From Ylistrum balloti (lineage: Eukaryota), in NCBI RefSeq assembly GCF_031769215.1, contig NW_026782093.1, positions 248,001-312,000 on the forward strand: 64,000 nt of DNA. The letters run 5' to 3'. A model generated the notes under the pieces. The model was not told the origin of the DNA and made no database searches. It was given only the letters and a program-made list of their open reading frames with translations. This document shows positions 24,525-36,200 of the stretch, in pieces. Position numbers and translations under genes: made by a program. Position 1 is the first letter of the stretch; each line of letters begins with the position of its first letter.

Positions 24525-24818
24525 GTGTACAATCCTGTTCTGAGGTGGAATCTGTTGACAACACAACTGTGATACCTGCACGTGACCAAGAGGAGGCGAC
24601 TGGTCACGTGGATGTACCACCTGCACGTGTTACCATTGAGTCGATAAAGTCCCCGGCTGGGTTGCCATAATTTTGTCATTTATGATCAATTTTATGGTGG
24701 TTTTTGTTACTGCTTCTGTTGGAGTTTTCTTCGAGACGTTCATGGCTGAATTTGGAGGCGGTAAGGGGGGCGACACAGCTACTCAGCTCCGTGATTAATG
24801 AAGTCGGATATCAAACTG
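24525..24818 (+). pseudogene. Degenerate orphan first coding exon of another SLC16 paralog
   Basis: Flanked by ttccag| and g|gtaggg. It translates with frameshifts as WVAIILSFMINL...SVGVFFETFMAEFGGGKG/ATQLLSSVINEVGYQTG, aligning to WVITFSSFMLNF...SVGIFFNTFLTTFGESKGKTQLLSSVINGVAYIVG of copies A/B with the same phase-1 donor. The PDGGWG motif is disrupted, and there is an extra G in the run at 24765-24770. Confidence 0.8.
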
Positions 24819-26226
24819 GTAGGGATCTTGTCTTTTTTCGTCTAATCATTAGAAATAACCCTACAGCTTGATTTTATTCTCCGAATTGTCCGTGGGTGGT
24901 AGGGGAAAAGTTCAATCTGTGTTAAAATGTATGGCAAAATGCAACTCGCATACATCTTTTATCTGAAACGTAAGCACTCACAAAAGTTTCGTACTCAGTT
25001 TAGAAGAGTAACCATATCACAATTGAATTAATTTCGATGCACACACATTTTATGTATCTTTCTGTTCGCGAATTGGTGTAAGTTCCCAGTTAATTTGAAA
25101 GATGTACAGCTGTGGGATCGCACAGCGTTAATCGATGTGAGCACAATGTATGCAAGATGTGCGTACGATAGGAAAATTGGACGAAATAAGCTATTGCACA
25201 TTTGTGCGCACGTTGTGCGGTTCTGTCGCACAAATATGCGATTCTATCGTGGTTGATATAAATTTAGAAATGACCTATAAATAAGTGTGGAAAAGTGTTT
25301 ATTTATTTCCTATATGTATAAGAATACAACTAAGTATATTAAGCCATTAATATATAGGTTGAACTTGTAGATTTATCAGATACAAACTTACCTGTATCAG
25401 TGATCACTAAAACAACACAGGTACTTTATTAAATACTAGTTCAAAGAACAACAGTCTCTGTTCAAAACCATAAGAATGTACATAAGTGATATATTTGAGA
25501 CAAAAGCATGACTACATAAAACATGAGAATTCTCTCTAAGTCAAGTATTAGAACTATCATATTGATATTTTGTACATTTTTCTATCTCGCCAAAAAATCA
25601 AATAAAACCATTTTCTATTTCAAATCTATTTCAATGTTTCTCTATAAGTACATGCTTTTGTTAGTTTTCGCTTCTCCGATAAAATAATTAACTTTATTAT
25701 TGTAAAGAGTTCTGACATCTGTCACTTAGCTAAATATTTATGTAAGAGTCCAAATTATGTTAATGCACAAATTAAGTATCACCTATATCATGCCACATTA
25801 TTTGAATACTAAAAAGGTCTTGCAAACAGCTTTCTTACCAGTCCAGTAATTTGTTCACTGCAGTCAGTCTTTTTGATCACGTTAATCGCAGCTGTCATAT
25901 CAATTTAGAACTCAGGTGTAGGCTTTACTCTATCGTTTATCCTTTGTTAAGGAATTATTAGCCGTGTCACAGTCAATTAGGACTCAGGTAGGCTTTATGT
26001 AACAAACTTCTGAACCCTATCTATGTCTTGACCAATCAACTTGAAAGGTCCCAAGATCTGACCAATTAAATTTATGGAGACTCCTGAGTAAGTTTGGTAG
26101 TATCGCGTCACACTGGTCACTTGAAGCTGTGACGCCAATAAAGAACAACGAACTTAACAGGCTGTCTCCATTATATTTTTAGGTGAGACACTTTTTGATT
26201 TCATTTCATTTAACAAATATACCATT

Positions 26227-26427
26227 ATGAAAGTGTTCCAGGACATTCAAGCCGCCAACGAAATCAACAGGATACAGCGTGATGCAGGAGGAGTAAGAAA
26301 ACCACGTGCGAAGAGATATCGAAGCATCGACAACAGACTGGCCCAACATAAGGAGCGATTCCAGACTCAGAGGATCAACATCATGGAGTACGCCGACGCA
26401 GCATCACATCTTCTACACCTGGGATGA
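26227..26427 (+). mobile_element. Probable Mutator-like (MULE) transposase C-terminal remnant
   Basis: The 66-aa ORF KVFQDIQAANEINRIQRDAGG..RAKRYRSIDNRL....ERF.....IMEYADAASHLL resembles, from recollection of the family, the C-terminal tail of invertebrate MULE transposases. No catalytic domain or TIRs were found. Confidence 0.5.
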
Positions 26428-26822
26428 ATTCCTCAGTTTTATAATGTGCAATGTGCTTGACTGATAATAATGTGCAATGTGCTGGACTGTCAAACATCCT
26501 TTAAAATACTGTTTTATTTTATTTATATGTACGTAATGACAAACGTTCTACTTTTTGTATGTTTAATTGTATTTATATGTATAAGAAATGACGAACTTTC
26601 TGCTTTGGTATTATAATAAAATGAACGAAACAAAATAAAATAAAATGTAAAGTACTTAGTGAAGACTACAGGTAGAATCTCAGGTAATAGCTCACACAGG
26701 TAAAACACAGGTAAATGAACTTTATAGTTAATCTGAAACTGAATATAATTGGTTTTCTATTTTCTTCCTAAAACAACACTTTTCTTTTGTTTAAAAAAAG
26801 GTGGGCAAATCGGGAACACCTC

Positions 26823-26875
26823 GATGCAACATCACTGACGAGTCCTAGAAGGACGAAACAGCTGTGTTGTGCATT
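26823..26875 (+). ncRNA. Degenerate type I hammerhead ribozyme motif (Penelope/retrozyme type)
   Basis: CUGACGA (26835-41), stem II GUCC/GGAC with a UAGAA loop, GAAA (26855-58) and palindromic stem III AC-AGCU-GU are present, with residual stem I complementarity (augc/gcau, caaca/uguug). The cleavage triplet is not NUH. Confidence 0.65.
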
Positions 26876-29026
26876 TTATTGTATCTAACTCTAAATTTTG
26901 AACAACTCATGTGTCTATTCAATATTCTTATGCTGTTAAGCCTATCATTTTTGATATAATGAATACTTTGACAACAATGCCAACAGAAAACAAACATTTT
27001 TTTTAACTTTCATGCAATACATAAGATCATTTTGAGTGGAATCCTAATAATATTTACATATATACCAGGATATTGATCTAGTATGAATATTTATCATATC
27101 GTATGTTTTTTAATAAATAGTCAAATGAAATAGTTCCCTTTTGAAGAGTTTAAGGCTACTGTTCGTCAATGCTATTCTTTCAATTTGAGTATAGATCTGG
27201 TATTTCTGCCATTCAATCTGACCTAGAATTTACATCTCTCTATTTCAAATTTCGGCCAGATTTTTATTTTATCGTCATACCTAGTTTCAGAGTCCTTAAT
27301 ATGAATTAATTCCTTGTTGTTTTGTATTACTTGTTAGCTTTTCATTCTGACGTTCCTACTGCGTTTTGTAGACTTAGCATGTCTCGGCCTGATGTTCGCG
27401 AGCTTTTTTTCATCTACTGGGATTTGGTGGTTTTATTCACCACTCTAGACAGTTTTGTAGGCACATATCTGTCAACGTCTAAAAATCCTGTTCTCAGATA
27501 TTTATTAATTTGAACCCGTGTTGCTCGTTCATTAAGCCTCTCTTATATATTCTCTGTGTTCGGAATTCGCTTTGGCATCGTGTGTACGTTGGTCACTCTT
27601 TGCTGTTTTGTTGATGAAACAGTGTTTTCTTGTTTGTTATCAGAAGATCCAAAACACTGGTTGTGTCGTTTTTAAAGACATTTTCTAGGCTTTATATTTT
27701 CCACGTAAAAAAGTTGTCTGTTAAACAATTATGTTTCATGCTTTCAATCTATGTACTCAATATTTGAAAGTTTCTATAAGGATAGTTAAAGCCTTCCATA
27801 ATTACGTGTGTAGTTTTTATTAAGGTGCTATTGTTTTCATTCGTTACGCTCTCCGATTAATATATCATTCTAGTAGTATAAGACAATTAATGTTTATTTA
27901 CACAACTTTCTGCAAATAAAACTATTTTTGAAATCTGTGTCTAGTTTGATTTCTTTTGCAGAAAGTAGATTATGTGTAGCATTGAAAATTCAATTTGAAT
28001 GAAACTTAATTAATTAATCAATTAATTAATTAAAAAACTTCATTACTTAGATATGTTTAAAATTTTAAGTTTTAAAAACATTAAAATTATATTGCATGTT
28101 CGTTAGTAATTAAGTTAGATTGTCACGTGAATGATATATCCAGTTATCAACCAGTAAACAACTTGTTTGGGTATCTGACAAACCGGACGATAAGAGGCAA
28201 GGCGATTACATAACAAGAGTTACCTCCCCTGCAACATCTTTCTCACTTACTAATCTTTCGCCATGGAAACGGAACTTTTCCCTTCAATATTTAGACATTT
28301 GGAAATAACCCAGCTCTTCCCATATTCAACATCTTTCAAAATATGGTATATATGGTTCGGGGAGCTTTTCTCCAGTCTCCCTGAATATTTCAGAGCGACA
28401 AAAAATATCTCTGATCTCTGAAAAAACAAACTTATATTGAAAGACCAGACCCATTTATGTGCGTTTAATCGACTTTGTTTTTATATTACTGGAACAAGAA
28501 TATCCAGCTTATTCATTAAAAATGTCTGGGAAGTAGGACTAAAATCTACCGATTAGTATTAATAGAGTGGAGAATGTGGATAGGATTATAAATTTCTTGT
28601 TCCAGTGTTTTATTACTAAATTTCCCTTTTATTAAAGTTTTCCTTAAAAGTCTGTTTTTAAAACTTGACTGCACTTTTCGGAAATCACAGTGTACACAGT
28701 TATGTGATAAAATAAGTGTGTGATTGTTCACTTCGGCCTTTCTACTTGAACATCTTGATGTTGAGTCTTTAGGGTATTTCCTTTACCCCCGCATTTCCGT
28801 TGACCTCGAGGTCGTCTAATCATGATATCGGAGTCTGCGTCCAACAAATGCTCTTTTAATTCCGGTGAATTAAAATATCGTGCTGGACTCTCCTATCATC
28901 TCCGCGTCAAAGTATGGTAACTTCTCGCAACTACTGCAAGCCAAGTCGAAATACAATGCATAACATATTTGGCGAATTTCTCATAATTAGTGTTAGGCTA
29001 CTAAAGAATCTTGCCCCAATGGAGAT

Positions 29027-29204
29027 GATGAGATCCCCTTCGTCACCCATTCATTATTTGGGATGATTTTAGGCTCAAAATAACTTGCCTTGGGTTTGTT
29101 CAACGGTAATTTTTTAAGGATGAGATCCCCTTCGTCACCCACTCATTATTTGGGATGATTTTAGGCTCAAAATAACTTGCCTTGGGTTTGTTCAACCGTA
29201 ATTT
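29027..29204. repeat. 92-bp direct tandem duplication (2 copies)
   Basis: gatgagatccccttcgtcaccc...gttcaac.gtaatttt starts at 29027 and 29119. Confidence 0.92.
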
Positions 29205-32200
29205 TGTATATATTGGTATTCGAATAAGTAACAAAATCATTAATACTTATTGGGTTCTTTTATTTGGTTTTTATAATATTCAGGTATCCATGTTGGGTGC
29301 TTACAAAAGGTTGTCATAGCAACATTATAAAATACAGCTACATAAACATGCACACACGTGTATACATCATGACACGATGAAGAAACAATATGTCACAAAA
29401 ATCTAACAAATTAAATATCATATTTAGATTGAAATGCTTGTTATTTTCATGACTGACCTATCTAAGTTCAAAAGTTCAGAATAGCACATGAACTGGAAAC
29501 TGACATACCTGGTAATGGTCATGTAAGTTTCTATAGGTCATAAGGTCATTCAGTCAGGCGTCCATACTCTGTTAAAATTAATTTCAATAACAGACTGATT
29601 TTGTAGATTTCAATTCATATTTTCGGATCGGTCTTACAACATGCTTTGTGATTTTTGTATTATTTCTGTATCAAAGAACCATGTAAAGTGGTAAGGCCTC
29701 TGATTTAAACACAATTAAGAAAGTATTACATGTCACACACAGCAATAACATGACGTTTTTTTCCAATAGTTACTGATATTACATGTGTCTACTTTCAGTA
29801 TTTTTTATATATTGAGTTGTTATCAGTTCCATACAAATGAACATATGACGTTTCTCAGTGTGTTTGTCTGCAGTAAAATTGAAATAACTTGCTTGATATA
29901 CATATGAGGGAAGTTTGTATTTCATAATTTTTATAAAAATTTTTTTCATCCAAGAAATGGTTTTGAGCATATGTATATTTTTTAAAATTCAATCCCTACA
30001 TATTTAAAACAAAGTGTATAACCTTAATGAGTCAAATTCCTCTTGAATAGAGTTAATAAATTAACCAATGTAGATCACCTGAACAATGATACTGCACTGA
30101 GGAAGTAAAAGTAGCAATAGAAGAAACATTGGCGATATTTGGTTATTTTTGGCACCACCAATGAACACTAAAGTTGATGTACCAAAATCATACAATAATC
30201 TTTTATAATAGCAAATAATTTGAGTTCAAATCCATATATAATTTTTTTATGTTAACTAAACATACTACTGTGTTTTTATCCTTTTGTCTATAAACAATAC
30301 ACAATAAATAACAAGGCCTAGTAAGTAAGACTTTCTCCTGCTCAACCTACTGTAGAACAACATAGTGAGATTTTATAAATGTACATGATAATGTATCAGA
30401 GACAGACCATACATATCATCACAGACACTCTATACAATTCTCTCTCCAACAATAACTTAATCTAAAATCTATAATAATTAAATTCAACATATTCACATGA
30501 AAGATTACATAACAGCAAACCTCTTTAAAAGGTAATTACTGATTATCTCCCTTTATTAAAAACTAGTCATCCCTCTGTCTAAGACAGGTTACAGTTGTGT
30601 TACATGTTATAAAAGAACTCTAAAAGGGCAAAAAATATGTCCTGAAGATCTTGACTTTTACTACGTTAAAAAATGGAGTTATCTCCCTTGATAGTTTTCA
30701 TGCTGTTTAGTTTGATAGAATATAATGCTGCATTCTTATATAAACTAAAATTGTTAAGCATTGTCAGTAATGATTTGCTCTTTAGAACATATAACCAATG
30801 AAAGATTATATGAAATTCCTCATTTCAGAAAGGTGAAATTTGTGATTTAAAACTGATCAAATACACTTCATTCTATTGATCAAAAAGGACATATTTCATT
30901 TGAGATATGGTAAGACAGGGAGTCATTTACATGATCAAGTGGGTATTCTCCTCCTGAATAATTCCATTCCACCTATGACAGTGATTCATATATGATAAGA
31001 TGATATATATCAGATTTTGGATATGAGACAATGAATAATCATTTCCATGAAAATTCCAAATGTTGATTTTTTGAAATTTCATTTAGGCTAAAAATGTAAA
31101 TCTCAGGAATATTTGTGACTATTTTTAACAATTAGATAAAAATACTCTTAATTACTTTCATTTTCATATCGCAGGTGATACTAATTAATCACAGGTTCTT
31201 GCAATTCTATACATTAGGAAGAACAGCAACTTGGCTTTGATTATCAATGTATGGAAATGGGAAGAACTGCTTTCAGGAGTTGCCAAGGTTACAGAAAACA
31301 ATTTATTATGTAATAGATGACTCATGCATTCACAAAATACATTCCTGGTTACCACAACATCAAGACATAAATATATACGTCTATACATATATATATCTCT
31401 CAATAAAATTTTATATACCACACGCCACTGTCAACAATTAACAACACTGCAATCAACCATCACATAATTCTTATTAATTACCTTTTTGTTAATTAATAAC
31501 AAAACATTTCTGGGAGTTACCAATTACTGGAAAACAAAATTTGTTCTGTAACTGTGATTGACTGCAGTGTTTGTCTCCCTTCTTCATCCATTACAGTTGT
31601 ATATAACTTATAAGGGCAATGATATTGCTTGGCAAAGGAATGATGGAATTATGGACAAATTGTTAAAAAGGAAATACTTTTGCATAGATTGCAATAAAAT
31701 GCTTCAAAAATGTTATAAAATCAGTGTGGTGTATATGTAGGTATAAAAATGATTCTCCAAAACGGTGTCGTACAAAATTTATACTCAATTGTTCTTACAA
31801 TATGGCACGTACATCATGAAAAATGGTGTTTTTTTTTTTTTATAAAATATTAGCGGTCCCATATGGAAAATGGAAGTGTTTTCATAATCAGCTATACATA
31901 TGTAATACCGCACACAACAATTTGTCATACAAGTTTTGTATTCTAAATGAATTTTCTTTTGGTCACAAAATAAACACGATACAAGATAATGCAGGATTTT
32001 GACATTAATGCAGATTCATTTGAGACTGATCGAGTTTGTGCTCCGGTATGTGTACCTGAGGAACCAAACAATGCTTTTTGTATCGTCTTTATTCAGCTTA
32101 CGCAAGTCAGACATGAATAATATTCTATTTTCTAACTATTGGAGTCACAATAACAGTACATGTTCTACTCATACCATGTACCTTGATATCAAGATCAAGC

Positions 32201-32444
32201 GAAAGATTCACTCCCTCTATATAATTAACAACTCTTAAAATGTGTTAAAAGATTACAGTTCTAGAACCAGTAGTTGTTTTTAAGATATAAACATTTTGGC
32301 ATTCTTATTTATTTTTTCCATGCAAACCTAAACTATTTCAATTTTACTCAACTTTTTAACCACAGACATTTAATCATTAAAACTTCTGCATATATTAAGG
32401 AATCAATCACCAAGACCAAAAAAAAACGTTAACGCCAGGTTTAA

Positions 32445-32768
32445 GGAGGTACAGTACCTCCTGCATCACAAGATCTTAACTGACGAACCTGTGTTCTCTA
32501 TCTAGCAAAATCTTGTTTGCAAATATGTTTATTGTAAATACCAACTCTGGTAGGAGGTACAGTACCTCCTGCATCACAAGATCTTAACTGACGAACCTGT
32601 GTTCTCTATCTAGCAAAATCTTGTTTGCAAATATGTTTATTGTAAATACCAACTCTGGTAGGAGGTACAGTACCTCCTGCATCACAAGATCTTAACTGAC
32701 GAACCTGTGTTCTCTATCTAGCATAAACTTGTTTGCAAATATGTTTATTATAAATACCAACTCTGGTA
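32445..32768. repeat. 108-bp tandem repeat, 3 copies, each headed by a perfect hairpin
   Basis: Units start at 32445, 32553 and 32661. Each junction carries aggaggtac-a-gtacctcct (9-bp stem). Confidence 0.95.
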
Positions 32769-33281
32769 CACATGCAACACACAGCACAAAAAGTGTAACA
32801 TTGTTTGTTACAGTGACCCTTTGCACTGATCCTTTTTCGAAAAACACAAAAGAGTACAAAGTTGAAAAGAAAATTACCTGGTGCTCCATCTTACAACAGT
32901 TCTTCCTTTGTTTTAAAAGAAAAACAAAATATCAGCAAAATAAAGAAATAATTTGCAAAATATTTGTCACGATGTGAAAATGTATCAGAACGAAAAACTA
33001 AAGAACAAATTGGAAGAACTCGAAACAATTGTTGAAGATGAAGCAAGGTATATAATCACATATATTTTTTTTTTCAAAGTTTTTATTTTTCATAAAAAAT
33101 TGCCCTAAATCCAGTTGACTTAATTAAATGTTACATGAGTATTTATAATCCACATGAATGTAATGAAATACTTTAATGTGTAAATATCTTGTACGAAAAT
33201 GTTCCTGATTCTTTTTTGTTTTTTTAAATCCCTGCCCTAGTTATCTCCCTTGGACCCTTGAGTAACCTCCCTTTATTGATT

Positions 33282-36200
33282 TTACTTGTGGCTGGGGGAG
33301 GAAGATATATTTGTAACAGATGAGGATTTTCCACTAGAGCGTAAAAACCTACGTGTAGGTTTATTTTGTGTTTGTTCCTGTTTCACAGCTTTAGGAATTT
33401 TGGATTTATCTTTTTCCTTCTCTTTTTCTTTTTCCTTTGAATTTTGAGAAAACTTCTTCGGTAGTTTTGAAGGCTTTTCTTCTGAACTTGTTTTCTTATC
33501 AGAACTAGAATTTTTCCGTCGGAAGAACCCCATGCGGGTAGGTTTAGGAGAAGAAACACTTGCACTGGTCCCTGTTTGGTTCTTATCTGAAACAGAAGCA
33601 TGTAATTTGTCTGTTTTCTGGAGATTGTTCTTCGAATCTGTGGCATTAGGCACTGTGGCAGTTGATTCCTGATGTTGGGATGAAGGCACAGACTTGTGAA
33701 CAACCAATCCCATTGTATGCTTTTGAGCACCAGCTGACCCCGCAGCCGGTCCATGTCCATGCTTTGTAGAACATTTCTCAGACGATCCATGGTCCTGTTT
33801 GTGAACAACTTTAGAATCGTTTTTATGTGCATGTATTCCAATCGCTGTTGGTGAACCTGCAGCAAATCTCTGGGCTTGCTTAAGAGCAGGAGTGACCTTT
33901 CCTGTTGATGTCTGGGTTGGCTTTGGTGAACCTGTTACCTGAGATTTTGATTTTACCAGAGGAACAGATTCTTTGTGCTCGACACTAGGTTTAACAGATG
34001 GCGACATTGATTCAGCTTTTGTCAGAGATTCCTCCAGAGATCCTGTTCTGTCAGTCTTCTCCTGTCTCTCCTCAGAGCTGGCTGATTGGTCAGGTGGTGG
34101 AGGATGACGCGGGTTCGGAGAAGGTGTCATATCATTGAGAAAGTCAAACGCTGCCATTGCCTCCATCTCCTTGTCACCAAATCGTAGGAAGAACTTTGAC
34201 AAATCCATGGCAGGACGATTCACTTTGGTTGGAGACCTCAGGGCTTCCATTTTATCTGAAAAAAAATTTAGATTTTTAAAATTCTCAGGGATTAGAAAAT
34301 AGAAAGTAATAATAGTTAATTAAGTGTTGAAAAGATCTAAAGCCTGATTACGATATTAATAGAAAATACAAATTGAATAATAAATATATTTACATAATTT
34401 GAGTACGTTCTGTATAGGCATACTGCTAATAGTCTTGATATATATTGGAAAAACAGTTCTTTTTAACAGAAATACCTTATCAACCTTTAATTTATCATTA
34501 TGTACAGAATATAGACATCTGACATCTTGACGTCTAAGAAATGATATATACATATAGATATATGTAAAGCATTGTTCAAGTTAAATCAAGTTTTACAATC
34601 TAAAATCTAATGAAATTACCTCCCCTGCCCATGAGACGTGAGCACATAACATGGTCAACTCCGATGTTATCATCCAAGCTATCCATACTGCCTCCACTCA
34701 ACTGAATCATTGAATCCAGCATGGCTGCCCGCGTCTGTTAAATGAAAATTATAAAAATTGGAAAGGAATAAAAAAGAAAAAGTAAAAATTTAACAAACGC
34801 AAGAGATACGTCTATGGCTGTTCTCTCAGGAAACAGACATCTATGAAAATCTTAGAAGGATTTCTTTTGATTTCGAAAATTCCTGATATACTTAAGACAA
34901 AATCTGAGGAGATCAACATTTCAGTGGTTGATATATACGTACAAGTAAATACAGTGATAACTGACCAATTATTGTATCAAGATTTTCCTGACACAATTTG
35001 GAAATAGTTTATCTATTCCTCCTATAGTGAACAGTTCTGAAATTATGCCAAAATTTCAAAGCCAATGATAAAAATACATATAAGAAATTAGTTTGTATAC
35101 TGTGTTCATATCTCAAGACTTTAAAAATATAAACATGTATAAAGAACAATGTGGTATAAATTCAATACTTGTGAGGGCAATATTTTTTTGTACTATATTG
35201 AAAAAATGAAAATTTGATTTTAAGGTTAACCTTGAAATTATCTTTGTAGAGCAAGTGATATTCAATATCTAGAATCTTATCTTATCCTTACCTGAGGGTC
35301 AAGCACAACCGAACTTTCAGATTGTGTTCGCTCCAATTGATGATCTAACATTGTTGGCCTTTTGACTTTTGGAGAGTTCTCTCCCTTGGCCCCAGCAGGT
35401 GGAGCTGGTATAGAAGTGTCTACGTCTTTTTCTTCCTCAGTAATTGTAGGATATACAGACTTAACATCACCCAATCCACCAATATCAGCTGACGAAAAAT
35501 TGCCATAGAACTCAAATTCATCATTACAGGAAGTATCATCAGCATATTCATTTACCCAATCACAACATGCTCCGGTCTCGGAAAATGGAGAGTTTCCCAT
35601 AATCAATTCTCCCCCACAGGGAGTGAGGTAGAATTCATCTTCCACCCACTGGTAGCCTTCAGTGTCTTTGTAATTCTCAGCTGGTGTGTTAAACAACTCA
35701 GAATGATCCTCGTTTGAATCGTTGTCTGTATTACAGCTATTGAGGCTCGTCAAACTCTGATGCAGTGCATTAACTGTCTTAGACAGGCTTTCTAACTGTC
35801 GCGAAATCTCGTCAAACTCCTGATTGTTACCACTGATACAACACTGTTCACAATTTGCATTGTCTCCATTTTGGCAGGTATGAGGAAGAGGCTCGCTGTT
35901 TGGTTGAACATCTATGTCACCTTCATTTCCACTTGAGAGCAGACTACGATTTGATCCAACATTACAGAGACTATAATAGTCACTTCGAAACTTGCCTTGT
36001 TGTTCAATGTCAGGAGCTGGGCTGGCCTCTTTGCTACTAAATTGTCTCCCTTGTTCACTAATCATCTCCTCACCAGAGGGCAGCACTAATGCTTCCATGG
36101 ACCCATTACCTGTCGCATGATCATGCTGGGAACTATTGCTTTGGGGATCTGAGAAATCAGAGGGGCCAGCATATTTGCTTGATGATCTTGATGGACAAGA

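Noticed and set aside
25300-26760. Terminal inverted repeats for the MULE-like remnant
   Set aside because: The acaggt/acctgt clusters on both sides did not align as a convincing inverted pair by eye.
28251-28264. MAKDY start suggesting a DnaJ-type gene
   Set aside because: It is only 4-5 codons, and no J-domain exons were found downstream on the - strand.
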